A stretch of 64,000 nucleotides of DNA from an uncultured Bacteroidales bacterium. GTDB taxonomy: Bacteria > Bacteroidota > Bacteroidia > Bacteroidales > UBA932. This document shows, in pieces, positions 38,826 to 50,832 of this stretch. Position numbers and translations under genes: made by a program. Under the pieces are notes generated by a model. It was not told the DNA's origin, searched no databases, and was given only the letters and a program-made list of their open reading frames with translations. Each line of letters starts with the position of its first letter. Within the stretch, counting starts at the first letter, position 1. Location: positions 33,586 to 97,585 of the forward strand of contig ONMJ01000006.1 of assembly GCA_900318955.1 (NCBI GenBank), given 5' to 3'.

Positions 38826-39365
38826 TTAGAACATATAGGATACGGACAATTCAGGCATATAACTCCTAATAAGCCCATTGTAGTATGGTCTGAGAACATT
38901 GCCTCCGTTCGGGGCTTTGGTATGATGGAGACCCAGCTCTGTTGAAAAACGAAGATGGAGAATGACACTTCGCGGTGTAACGAACATCACCCCTAGATGG
39001 CCCGACAGAGCCAAAGTAGTCCCGTACCTTGTATCATTGTCTCTCAGATAGCCAGCCATCACACCGGGACCGGCTATAATTCTCATATTCGAACCGCTTG
39101 GGATATCTTTTTGGTAGAGGGTAATATGACGTGCAAACGAAACTTTATATCCAGGGAAATCCACCCATCCTCTCATAACTCCGGAGAGATCCACCGAGGC
39201 CTTTATCTCATTATAATAATCATCTCCAAGGCGTCCGAACACTATTCCTGCCTCTTTTTGAGAAAAGTTGAGACCGGCTACAGAATGCCCCCCCGCTCTC
39301 GCTTCTTTCACCTGAAAGAGAGAGAGAACCAGCACAAAAGAGAGTATTACAACCACCTTTCTCAT
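38826..39365 (-). CDS. Putative small outer-membrane beta-barrel protein
   Basis: Signal peptide, amphipathic strands, C-terminal PELSVSYMF. Confidence 0.65.
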   Translation of the reverse strand: MRKVVVILSFVLVLSLFQVKEARAGGHSVAGLNFSQKEAGIVFGRLGDDYYNEIKASVDLSGVMRGWVDFPGYKVSFARHITLYQKDIPSGSNMRIIAGPGVMAGYLRDNDTRYGTTLALSGHLGVMFVTPRSVILHLRFSTELGLHHTKAPNGGNVLRPYYNGLIRSYMPELSVSYMF

Positions 39366-39496
39366 TCGTTCTGCTAATTTAGCAAATAATTGCGGTTGCT
39401 CTCAGATTTTTTTGCAAAATGGGTCACAATTGTTCAATTAATAAAAAAATCATATATTTGTATGATTGTACTGAAATTTACTAACCCTACCTATTT

Positions 39497-40627
39497 ATGT
39501 CAGTTATCATTACTGAGGTAAAGACGAAGAAAGAACTTCGATTATTCGTCAAATTCCCTATGAATCTTTACAAGGATTCTCCCTATTATGTTCCCAACCT
39601 ATATTTTGATGAAATGAACGCCTTGGATCCCGCTAAGAATCCGATGTGTAAATACTCAAAATTCGTCAGGTTCCTTGCTTGGAAAGACGGGAAAGTTGTC
39701 GGACGCGTTGCCGGAATTATCAATGAGATCGCCAATCGCGACTGGGACCATAAAGAAGTCCGTTTCGGATGGTTTGACTTCGTGGATGACAGGGAGGTCT
39801 CAAAAGCTCTTCTGGAAAAGGTTATCGAATGGGGAAAATCTTATGGAATGACTCAGATTTCCGGTCCTCTTGGATTTACTGATTTCGATAATGAAGGAAT
39901 GGTGGTCGAGGGATTTGACCAGATCAGTTCGTTCATGCTGAAATTCAATTATCCATATTATCGGGAGCATATGGAAGCTCTTGGTTATGAGAAAGTTATT
40001 GATTGGCAAGAGTATAGAATCTTCGTTCCGGAAAAGGTCCCCGAAAAAGTATCCAGGATAGCCGAGATAGTCGCTGACCGGTATAAACTGCACGTCAGGA
40101 ACATCACTAAGAGAGATATCAACAAGGAGAAATACGGCCAGAAGTTATTTGACCTTATCAATAGGACATACTGCGAGCTGTACGACTTTACCGTCCTTCC
40201 TCCGGAGGTAATCGACAGCTATGTGGACACTTACCTTGGATTTATCGACCTCAGATACGTTGTAGTAATAGAAAATGAAGAAGGGAAACTGGTGGCCCTT
40301 GCCATCACAATGCCTTCCCTTGCCCATGCTGTCCAGAAAGGCGGAGGTTATCTCTTCCCCTTCGGTTGGTGGCATATTGTCAAATCCATGTATCTTAAGC
40401 ACGAAGAAGCGCTTGAACTGATGCTCATTGCAGTAGACCCCGACTATCGCAACAAGGGAGTCAATGCTATGCTTTTCAACGAACTGATTCCGAGAATCAT
40501 CGAGGGCGGTTTCAAGTACGGCGAATCCAATGCCGAGCTGGAGACCAATAACAAGGTTCAGAACCAGTGGGATCTCTACGAAAAGCAGCTCCAGAGAGTT
40601 AGGCGCATCTTCGGTAAGTCAATTTAA
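39497..40627 (+). CDS. GNAT-fold N-acetyltransferase (YghO-like)
   Basis: VVGRVAGIIN, RFGWFDF, GPLGFTDFDNEG, YRNKGVNA; -7 element TATATTTG at 39453-39460. Confidence 0.8.
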   Translation: MSVIITEVKTKKELRLFVKFPMNLYKDSPYYVPNLYFDEMNALDPAKNPMCKYSKFVRFLAWKDGKVVGRVAGIINEIANRDWDHKEVRFGWFDFVDDREVSKALLEKVIEWGKSYGMTQISGPLGFTDFDNEGMVVEGFDQISSFMLKFNYPYYREHMEALGYEKVIDWQEYRIFVPEKVPEKVSRIAEIVADRYKLHVRNITKRDINKEKYGQKLFDLINRTYCELYDFTVLPPEVIDSYVDTYLGFIDLRYVVVIENEEGKLVALAITMPSLAHAVQKGGGYLFPFGWWHIVKSMYLKHEEALELMLIAVDPDYRNKGVNAMLFNELIPRIIEGGFKYGESNAELETNNKVQNQWDLYEKQLQRVRRIFGKSI

Positions 40628-40632
40628 AAGCA

Positions 40633-41934
40633 ATGCAGACCTCGCTACTACCACCTCTTCCGGAAAGGATGAGACCCAAAAGTCTCTCCGAATACGTGGG
40701 CCAGAAACATCTGGTCGGCGAGGGATGCATACTAAGGAACATGATTGAAGGAGGGAATCTTTCCTCCTTTATTCTATGGGGCCCTCCCGGAGTAGGCAAG
40801 ACCACTCTCGCCCATATTATCGCGGAAACACTTGACAGAGAGTTCTTTACCTTATCGGCTGTCACTGCCGGAGTAAAAGATGTAAGAGAGATTATAGACA
40901 AGGCAAAATCGAATTCCATCTTCCGCCGTAACGCCCCTGTTCTTTTCATTGACGAGATCCACCGTTTCAATAAAGCTCAGCAGGACGCCCTGCTTGGTGC
41001 TGTAGAAGCAGGGACTATTGTCCTTATCGGAGCCACGACAGAGAATCCCTCTTTCGAGGTAATCACTCCCCTTCTGTCACGCTGCCAGGTATTCGTCCTT
41101 AAATCATTGGAAGTCTCTGATCTAGAGGTTCTTCTTTCCAGGGCCATCCATGAGGATGAACTCTTGAAAACTAAGAACATCGATCTTAAGGAAACAGAAG
41201 CCCTCTTCCGATATAGCAGCGGCGACGGGAGGAAGCTTCTGAATGTGCTCGAAATCGTGGTAGACGCCCAATCCGGAAAAGATACTATTGTCATTGACAA
41301 TGAGACCGTTACTGCATGCATCCAGCAGAACATGGCTATCTATGATAAGGGCGGCGAGATGCACTATGACATTATTTCCGCCTTTATAAAGAGCGTACGC
41401 GGATCCGATCCCAATGCGGCTGTATATTATCTTGCAAGGATGCTTTCAGGCGGTGAAGACCCTCTTTTTATCGCCAGAAGGCTCTGCATACTCGCAGCCG
41501 AGGATATCGGACTGGCAAATCCAAACGCACTCCTCCTTGCCAACGCCTGCTTTGACATAGTGAATAAAATCGGGATGCCGGAGGCACGAATCCCTCTTTC
41601 TGAATGTACGATATATCTGGCTTCTTCCCCGAAGAGCAATTCGGCTTATATGGCAATCGCAGCTGCGTTGGATGCCGCTTCGAAGACTCAGACAGCGTCT
41701 GTCCCACTCTATCTCAGAAACGCTCCGACAAAGCTTATGGAAGACCTCGGATATGCCGACGGATACAAGTACGCCCACGACTTCCCGGGTCACTTTGTAG
41801 ACCTTGAATTCATGCCTGAAGGCCTCCAGGGGACAGTTTTCTATGAACCGGGGGACAATCGACATGAAAACGCACTGCGTTCTTATCTGGAGCAATGCTG
41901 GGGGAAATATTATAAAAAAGATCAGAAAGGATAG
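40633..41934 (+). CDS. rarA: Replication-associated recombination protein A (MgsA/RarA)
   Basis: LWGPPGVGKTT, FIDEIHRFNKAQQDALL, GATTENPSFE, EDIGLANP, YKYAHD. Confidence 0.95.
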   Translation: MQTSLLPPLPERMRPKSLSEYVGQKHLVGEGCILRNMIEGGNLSSFILWGPPGVGKTTLAHIIAETLDREFFTLSAVTAGVKDVREIIDKAKSNSIFRRNAPVLFIDEIHRFNKAQQDALLGAVEAGTIVLIGATTENPSFEVITPLLSRCQVFVLKSLEVSDLEVLLSRAIHEDELLKTKNIDLKETEALFRYSSGDGRKLLNVLEIVVDAQSGKDTIVIDNETVTACIQQNMAIYDKGGEMHYDIISAFIKSVRGSDPNAAVYYLARMLSGGEDPLFIARRLCILAAEDIGLANPNALLLANACFDIVNKIGMPEARIPLSECTIYLASSPKSNSAYMAIAAALDAASKTQTASVPLYLRNAPTKLMEDLGYADGYKYAHDFPGHFVDLEFMPEGLQGTVFYEPGDNRHENALRSYLEQCWGKYYKKDQKG

Positions 41935-44093
41935 CCGATTCCGAAATGGATTGTCCGGTTGTCCCGTTTAAGCCACTGCCCTGGGTTGATCCACCTTTCT
42001 CCCGGATCGTTGACCGGATTATGGACCTTCATACCCATATCGACCCTGACGAGAATCATCTTCGCGTCGACTCTGAGGCCTATTCCCCAGTCTGCTGCTA
42101 TGCTACCGGGCAAGGTCTTGAATGAAAACTTCTCGTCATCAGATAGGAATGAACCCATTCCCCAGATGTTACCGGCCTCCGCGAAAACGGCTCCCTTCAG
42201 AATCGATACAATTCCAAACCTATATTCCATATCCAGTTCGAGCTTCACATCGCCTGTCTGGTTCGGAATGATGAAGTAATCCGCCGGCTTTGAATTACCG
42301 GGGCCGAGGGTTCTTGCCTGCCATCCCCTCATGCTGCTGGCTCCTCCTGCATAGAATTTCTTCTCGAACGGGAGCTGAGTAGAATTGCCATAAGCGTATC
42401 CCGCTCCTGCAAGGAACCTGAGGGCAAGGGCTCTGGATCCTCCGAAAGAGAAAGTTTTTCCAAGCTGCATCTCGCCCTTTACATACTGAGAATATGGAGT
42501 CCCCCATATCAGTCTGGAGCCGCCTCCGTCCTGAGGGAGGTAACGATTGAGAAGACTCAGCACATTACCGGAGAGGTCAACCCCAAGCCGGGCATAATGG
42601 TAGGATCCTTGCGGGCTTGCAGAAGCATCTGTTGTATAATAGAATGTCCCGCCGACTCCGAAGTCGCAGTGGTTGTGGTATACGTTACTCAGATAGGGGT
42701 CATTGCTGATGGACTCCCGGAATTGCCTCGAGATATCGAAAATCCGAACCAGATTGACCTGGAGCGGGTAGACCTGATAATACAGATGGTTGCTGAATTG
42801 AGTGCCACTATAGCCGTATGAGCCATTTATAATGGACATTCTGAATTCAGGACGATTCTGGTAGTTGAAAGAGGCCGTCACATCAGTTCTCGGAATTGAC
42901 GGACCTTTGAAAAGCCTGTTCGGGAAACCCAGCATCTTCGGAAAACTGATGCTGGCTGAGGCACCGAATTCAGTGGATGAAATCTTCTGCGAGGGATTGG
43001 ATTGGAAGTTACCTTTGAGGCTGACATTTAACCGCTCTCCTCCGTGGAAGATATTCTTATGGTAGTAGTTGAGCTGCGGAGAAATACCGAAAAGACCGGT
43101 CGAGTTGGTGGATCCCTCAAGATTGAATTTGAATCCCTGCAGACGAGAATGTTGGAGATTGATTGCCGCATCGACCTTATTTGTATCCACCTCCGTCAGA
43201 GAGACATTGACACTGTTGAACACATTCAGATACGACATCCTGGAATATGTATTGTTCACAACGCTCTCCCTGTACATCTGCCCCGGATGGATAAGGTTGA
43301 AATCCGAAAGAATTCGAGGACGTATACGGATATTGTCATCATGAGTAATCGAGACGTCATTGAAATAGTATTTCCTCAAGGGGCGTGCATCGGCTTCCGT
43401 GCCGGTCCTCACATATTCTTTGACCGCCATAGTGAGATGGGCGATGCCGGGATCGGAGAGCGTATCCGCAACGAAAGAATAGTGGTTTTTGGTAAGACCA
43501 TAGTAACCCATATTCCTCATTACGGAAGACGAACGGACAGATTCTTCTTCCAGAGTTGAAGCAGCTAAAAAATCTCCTTCCTTAATAGAGATATTTTCTA
43601 CATCCGAGAGAAAATCCTCTTTGAACTCCCCTGCATCGGGCAAATCAAATTTTATTGAACCAATCCTGAACCTTTTCCCGGGATCTACAAGATATGTTAC
43701 ATATACATTGCGCTTCCTTACCTGGACCATACTCTCAACGCTTGAACCATAGTACCCGATGTATTCAAGATGGTTGAGCATACTCTGGACAGTTGCATCG
43801 ACGGCAGCAGGATTATATGCCACCGGCGGCTTTCCCAACTTACGCAAGAAGCGGTTCAAAAGAGACTGGCTGTTCTCATTGGAAAGATTATAAATCCCAA
43901 TTTGAGGATCCCAGGCGCCGACTGCTTTCTGAGTAATATAACCTTCCATTTCAGAAGGTGGAACAATATTGTCACGAACAAGAACCCGGTTGGCAGCCAA
44001 AGAATATTCCCCATCAGGAAGATGCCTGGTCATACTACATGATACTGCCGTTAGGGCAGCAATCGCGGAAAGTATGAGAACATGTAGTTTCAT
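41922..44093 (-). CDS. Omp85-family outer-membrane lipoprotein (TamL/TamA-like)
   Basis: Lipobox TAVSC, POTRA-like region, FYAGGASSMRGW, C-terminal HFGIGYPF. Confidence 0.85.
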   Translation of the reverse strand: MKLHVLILSAIAALTAVSCSMTRHLPDGEYSLAANRVLVRDNIVPPSEMEGYITQKAVGAWDPQIGIYNLSNENSQSLLNRFLRKLGKPPVAYNPAAVDATVQSMLNHLEYIGYYGSSVESMVQVRKRNVYVTYLVDPGKRFRIGSIKFDLPDAGEFKEDFLSDVENISIKEGDFLAASTLEEESVRSSSVMRNMGYYGLTKNHYSFVADTLSDPGIAHLTMAVKEYVRTGTEADARPLRKYYFNDVSITHDDNIRIRPRILSDFNLIHPGQMYRESVVNNTYSRMSYLNVFNSVNVSLTEVDTNKVDAAINLQHSRLQGFKFNLEGSTNSTGLFGISPQLNYYHKNIFHGGERLNVSLKGNFQSNPSQKISSTEFGASASISFPKMLGFPNRLFKGPSIPRTDVTASFNYQNRPEFRMSIINGSYGYSGTQFSNHLYYQVYPLQVNLVRIFDISRQFRESISNDPYLSNVYHNHCDFGVGGTFYYTTDASASPQGSYHYARLGVDLSGNVLSLLNRYLPQDGGGSRLIWGTPYSQYVKGEMQLGKTFSFGGSRALALRFLAGAGYAYGNSTQLPFEKKFYAGGASSMRGWQARTLGPGNSKPADYFIIPNQTGDVKLELDMEYRFGIVSILKGAVFAEAGNIWGMGSFLSDDEKFSFKTLPGSIAADWGIGLRVDAKMILVRVDMGMKVHNPVNDPGERWINPGQWLKRDNRTIHFGIGYPF

Positions 44094-44150
44094 CTTGGCA
44101 AAAATAACACTTTTTATAGTTATATTTGCATGAAAACAAGATAAAAACAG

Positions 44151-44882
44151 ATGACTGCTGCAGAATTGAAAACAGTTGCTTCCCTCGGAAAGAAGAAATT
44201 CCGCGATGAGACGGGATTGTTCGTAGTCGAGGGAGAAAAGATGGTCTCTGAAGCCCTGGATTCCGGATTTGAAGTGGTATCAGTATTCCGGATTGAAGAT
44301 ATCGGGCAGAAGAATATGGAAAGGATTTCTTCGCTTGCCTCCCCTTCTCCTGTTCTAGCGGTTCTCAAGCAGCCGGAATCCGTCAAAAATCATAAACCAT
44401 TTCCTCTCGACAAGGGACTTTATCTCGCTCTTGACTCTATCAGGGATCCCGGTAATCTTGGGACTATCCTCAGAATAGCAGACTGGTTTGGAATCGATGC
44501 CGTCTTTGCTTCGGAGGACACGGTAGAGCTTTTCAATCCGAAAGTTGTACAGGCCACAATGGGTGCGATATTCCGTGTCCCTTTCCACTACTGCGACATA
44601 CCATTTCTTTGTAAATCAGTTGTTTCTGAAGGAGGGAGCGTGTATGGGACATTCCTTGACGGAGATAATATGTATGGGAAAGATCTCAATATCGGGACAG
44701 AATCCCCTTCCGTCATAGTCATTGGAAATGAGTCCAACGGCATTTCCAAAGGTGTAGCTTCGTTTGTTACAGACCGACTGTTTATTCCGCCCTATCCCGC
44801 CGACGATCCCGGCTCGGAATCCCTTAATGCCGCCGTTGCAACGGCAATCACAGTAGCTGAATTCAGAAGAAGAACAAAATAA
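44151..44882 (+). CDS. TrmH/SpoU-family RNA 2'-O-methyltransferase
   Basis: LDSIRDPGNLGTILR, VIGNESNG, ESLNAAVA. Confidence 0.92.
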   Translation: MTAAELKTVASLGKKKFRDETGLFVVEGEKMVSEALDSGFEVVSVFRIEDIGQKNMERISSLASPSPVLAVLKQPESVKNHKPFPLDKGLYLALDSIRDPGNLGTILRIADWFGIDAVFASEDTVELFNPKVVQATMGAIFRVPFHYCDIPFLCKSVVSEGGSVYGTFLDGDNMYGKDLNIGTESPSVIVIGNESNGISKGVASFVTDRLFIPPYPADDPGSESLNAAVATAITVAEFRRRTK

Positions 44883-44894
44883 CACACAATAACC

Positions 44895-45875
44895 ATGGAT
44901 AGAAGAAATTTTGTAAAGGCCTCGGTAGCGGCAATTGCTGCGACACAGCTTGGCGCTCTCGATGCTGTAGCTAGGAAAAAGCAAAAGGATAAGGCACCGA
45001 AGGAGGAGGTAAGACTCTCAGGAACCGACTGGTCATGTGAGCATGCCGAGGCTCTTCCTGGGGACCTTAAAGTACGTTTTCTCGGGACAGGAGCAGCTGG
45101 CTGGAAAAGCCCGACATCCGGTCACAGGCGCAATTCTAGTATTCTTATTGACGGGAAGATCCTAATAGATTTTACCTTAAGCGCCCAAGATATGGTTCCC
45201 GAGGGATGCCATCCCGAGATTATCTTCTATACTCACTCTCACGTAGATCATTTCCAGCCCATTGAGGCTCTGAAAGTCGGTGTCAAGAAAGTCTATTTGT
45301 CGCATAGCATTATGACCATGGCAGCGAAAGCATTCGGAAAAGCTGCTGCAGAAACAGGTCTTCCCTTCCCGGAACTAATCCCTCTAAGATATGGTCAGTC
45401 TGTTATTGAAGAAGGTATCCGGTTCACTGCCATGCCAGCAAATCATTCTACAGGAGACCTTCAGGAGGAAGCCCAGATATACTTGATAGAGAAGAACTTC
45501 AATGACGAGGGGATTGCCGGAGTCAGAGTCGTATTTGCTACAGATACAGCAGGTATTATGGGACGAGCCGGAAGAATGGCGGGGATTGACAGCCATGTAA
45601 AGACCGGCATCGGAGTAACCGGACTCATCATGGAAGCAACGATGAATAATGATGAAGATTTCCGTATCTTCAACCATTCGAGCACCAAGACTGTCGGCCG
45701 AACAGCATCTATGCTGCTTGCAACAGGGCGTCTGCATCTCCCTGAAGGTCAGCCGGTCTACCTTACCCATATGGCAAAATCCCTGCAACCGAGCCAGGAA
45801 GAAATGGACGCAACACTTCCCTACCCGCTGAGAGCTGCTTATGACGGACTCGAAGTAGTATTTAAATCTGTATAA
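44895..45875 (+). CDS. Tat-exported MBL-fold metallohydrolase (PhnP-like)
   Basis: Twin-arginine signal MDRRNFVK; FLGTGA, THSHVDH, ANH, ATDT, NHS, LTHM. Confidence 0.82.
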   Translation: MDRRNFVKASVAAIAATQLGALDAVARKKQKDKAPKEEVRLSGTDWSCEHAEALPGDLKVRFLGTGAAGWKSPTSGHRRNSSILIDGKILIDFTLSAQDMVPEGCHPEIIFYTHSHVDHFQPIEALKVGVKKVYLSHSIMTMAAKAFGKAAAETGLPFPELIPLRYGQSVIEEGIRFTAMPANHSTGDLQEEAQIYLIEKNFNDEGIAGVRVVFATDTAGIMGRAGRMAGIDSHVKTGIGVTGLIMEATMNNDEDFRIFNHSSTKTVGRTASMLLATGRLHLPEGQPVYLTHMAKSLQPSQEEMDATLPYPLRAAYDGLEVVFKSV

Positions 45876-47367
45876 GCGTATAATCCTCCGGAGGAACACT
45901 TACAGAAATAGAAGACGGGAGAGACGCTCCTAAGTATGAGGATGCGTCTTTAGGAATTAATATCTCCGCTATAACCTCCCTATCGGAAAAGTTGGAAACT
46001 ATAAGAAAAGTCTTTTTCCCATCAGAACGAAGCCAGGCAAAGAGTCTGCTTCGGTCAAAAGAGGGAGACTGGCAATAACAGAGGTCGTAAGTTTTTCCGC
46101 AGCAGAATGCTTGAACAGAAACTGCGGATTGGAGGATTTCGCGGTAGCGTGACAAGATAGACTCTTCTTCGCTTGACAGACCTCCCGGGGCATCATGCAA
46201 GGTGTTCCAAAGCCTTGAAAGACTTCCAACCCTCCACCAATCGAAGATAGTGGTGCGGCCGTTTATGCCGCTGAAAGGTTCATTGTCCATTCCCCTCTCC
46301 CCGAGCTCCTGTCCAGCATAGAGCATAAATGGAGCCTCATTCAAAAGAAGAGAGACTGCAAGAGCGGGGAGACCTTTTGCAGCACTGCAAGCGAAGAAAT
46401 CCGAAGCAATTCGCTGCTCATCATGATTCTCCAGGAAATTGAGCATATGAGGCTGTAGATTGCCAAGGAACTGCCAACAACGAGTAATGCCTTCTGCAGT
46501 TGCATTGCCTTGAGTAACTGCGCGCAGGGTATCGTAGAGTCCAGACTTGTCATACAGAAGATCAAAGCCGACTTCATCGATGTATTCTCTATAACGATCC
46601 GCCTGATAAACTTCGGCAATGAAGGAAATACCGGGGAACTCTTCTTTAATCCTCCGAATCAGCCATCTGAAGAACTGTGGAGGAACCATTTCTACCATAT
46701 CGCAGCGGAATCCATCGGCCCCGAGACTTGCCCAGTATCGGACAATACCATACATTTTGTCCCATGTGCGGGTATGGAAATCACAGTAGTTCAGCCGAAT
46801 GGTCTCATACCAGTCGTTGATATCCGGAGAGGGAGAGAAATTATTTCCTGAAGCCTTCGCAGGAAATTCCATATACTCCCCTTCCGGGTCATTCGGAAGT
46901 GAGAGCCTCTCATTTGGATAATAGAAGAAATCGTTGTCAGGAGACCAGTGCTTTGAGGTGTCGTCGCTCTTACCCAGGGGCTCTATTCCTTTCGGGGAGC
47001 AAGCTCCATTATAGGCCCTTGAAACATGGTTGGGGACAAAGTCGATAATGACCTTAAGCCCCTCAGAATGAGTCCTATTGACAAGGTCAATAAACTCTTT
47101 AAGTCTATTGTCGGAATTATCTGCAAGATAAGGATTTACATCATAATAATCCGTTATCGCATACGGTGATCCGGCATCTCCTTTCACTATATGCGGATCC
47201 TCGGTTGAAGAGGTAGCATGCCGGATAATTCCGGTATACCATACAGACGTAACGCCAAGTCCCTTGATATACCCAAGGGTCTTGGCGTCAATGTCGCTAA
47301 ACTTCCCGTTACGGTGGTCTTCACTCCCCCAATAACGCGGAAGTATCTGGTAAATAATCTCTTTCAC
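45862..47367 (-). CDS. GH13 alpha-amylase-family glycoside hydrolase, no signal peptide
   Basis: DFVPNH, GFRCDMVE, FIAEVY, FLENHDE. Confidence 0.9.
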   Translation of the reverse strand: MKEIIYQILPRYWGSEDHRNGKFSDIDAKTLGYIKGLGVTSVWYTGIIRHATSSTEDPHIVKGDAGSPYAITDYYDVNPYLADNSDNRLKEFIDLVNRTHSEGLKVIIDFVPNHVSRAYNGACSPKGIEPLGKSDDTSKHWSPDNDFFYYPNERLSLPNDPEGEYMEFPAKASGNNFSPSPDINDWYETIRLNYCDFHTRTWDKMYGIVRYWASLGADGFRCDMVEMVPPQFFRWLIRRIKEEFPGISFIAEVYQADRYREYIDEVGFDLLYDKSGLYDTLRAVTQGNATAEGITRCWQFLGNLQPHMLNFLENHDEQRIASDFFACSAAKGLPALAVSLLLNEAPFMLYAGQELGERGMDNEPFSGINGRTTIFDWWRVGSLSRLWNTLHDAPGGLSSEEESILSRYREILQSAVSVQAFCCGKTYDLCYCQSPSFDRSRLFAWLRSDGKKTFLIVSNFSDREVIAEILIPKDASSYLGASLPSSISVSVPPEDYTLIQI

Positions 47368-47381
47368 TCGAAAGGGAGATT

Positions 47382-48611
47382 CTACCAGCAGAGAATCTTC
47401 TTGAAGTCGAAGTAAGCGGGATCTTCTACATACTTCTTAGCCGCCTCATAGTCAGCCTCACTGATGTAGTGGCAAATATGGCTGTAGTAGTTCTGAGCAG
47501 TACCGCCTTCGATATTGACTCTTCTCGGAGGAATCTTTCCGTCAGGTCCCTGGAGTTCTTTGAGATAGAGAGGATGGGACTCACCAGCAGCATCTACATA
47601 TACCATGCATCCGGTCTCACCCTTGATGAAGAGCTCATATGCGCCCATCGCAAGTTCCGTGCAGTAGGTAAGGTCATAAGCGATAGGATCCTGGCAGCGA
47701 ACGTCGTAACCGATCTCGACAGGACGGGTCTTGACCTTCATGCCGTACTTCTTGAATTCCTTGTCGAGGATGTCGTTGAAAAGGACGGCCTTGGAAATCT
47801 TGCCAAGTTCGGGATGGCCATGCTCGTCATAAGTAAGGCTGACTCCGGCATTCTTGATTTCTTCGGGATCCAGATCATGGAATACGCCTTCAGCTACTAC
47901 GATAGTGCCATAAGGGATACCGAGGAGCTTGCGTTTGATGATTGCAGAAAGGGCAAGGCGGACAATCTTATCGAGAGTAATCGTCGTCTTGTTGAACATC
48001 TCGGGAATAATGGTCATCGGGCAGTGAGTGGACTCGCCGATACCAAGGGCGAGATGGCCGGCTGAACGTCCCATTGCACTTATGATCAGCCAGTTACCGC
48101 TTGTACGGGCATCCTCATAGACTGTACGTGCCAGATGGGCACCTTCGTCCTTCGCGCTGTTGAATCCGAAGGTCGGAGTGTTCATCGGAAGAGGAAGGTC
48201 GTTATCGATTGTCTTCGGGACATGGATATTGGCGATAGGATAGTGCTTTGCCTCAAGGAACTTGGCAATCCTGTTGGCTGTCGAAGCCGTATCGTCACCT
48301 CCGACGGTAACGAGAAGCTTGATGTTATTCTCTTGGAAAAGCGGAAGATTGAAATTCTCCTCGAAATCCTTGTCGGTCGGTTTGAAACGGCTCATCTGGA
48401 GGTAGGAGCCTCCCCTGTTGAAATATGCGTCTGCCTTGAAGAAGTCGATGTCTTCGGTACGGGGCTCTTTCGAGAAAAGTCCGGAATAACCGCCGTGGAG
48501 ACCGATAACGCGATAACCGTTGGAAAGGAACGTCTTTGCAACGCTCATGACGACGGTATTCATACCCGGAGCCGGGCCACCGCCGCAAAGGATAATGATA
48601 GAATCTTTCAT
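47382..48611 (-). CDS. pfk: 6-phosphofructokinase, probably PPi-dependent
   Basis: GGGPAPGMN, GGDDT, PKTIDNDL, MGRSAGHLA, GYDVRC; strong codon bias. Confidence 0.92.
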   Translation of the reverse strand: MKDSIIILCGGGPAPGMNTVVMSVAKTFLSNGYRVIGLHGGYSGLFSKEPRTEDIDFFKADAYFNRGGSYLQMSRFKPTDKDFEENFNLPLFQENNIKLLVTVGGDDTASTANRIAKFLEAKHYPIANIHVPKTIDNDLPLPMNTPTFGFNSAKDEGAHLARTVYEDARTSGNWLIISAMGRSAGHLALGIGESTHCPMTIIPEMFNKTTITLDKIVRLALSAIIKRKLLGIPYGTIVVAEGVFHDLDPEEIKNAGVSLTYDEHGHPELGKISKAVLFNDILDKEFKKYGMKVKTRPVEIGYDVRCQDPIAYDLTYCTELAMGAYELFIKGETGCMVYVDAAGESHPLYLKELQGPDGKIPPRRVNIEGGTAQNYYSHICHYISEADYEAAKKYVEDPAYFDFKKILCW

Positions 48612-48732
48612 GATGTTTTTTTAATATGAATTTTGCGGACACAAACTTACGCAAAATCTTTGTAAAGAACAAGAAAACCCTTATCTGGGTGATTTGTTTT
48701 GCACTTTTTAAGGAAATAATTTATATTTGTAA

Positions 48733-50826
<2,094 letters not shown>

Positions 50827-50832
50827 TCTGAC

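Noticed and set aside
34945-39496. dif-integrated element (IMEX) or pdif module
   Set aside because: No second dif-like site, replication gene or phage gene was found on either side.
44130-44144. Mini-ORF ATG AAA ACA AGA TAA upstream of the trmH-like gene
   Set aside because: Its ATG lies 1 nt after the -7 element, probably upstream of the TSS, so it is unlikely to be translated.
47469-48629. Long plus-strand ORFs (198 and 164 aa) opposite pfk
   Set aside because: Antisense shadows of a strongly codon-biased gene; no motifs or promoter.
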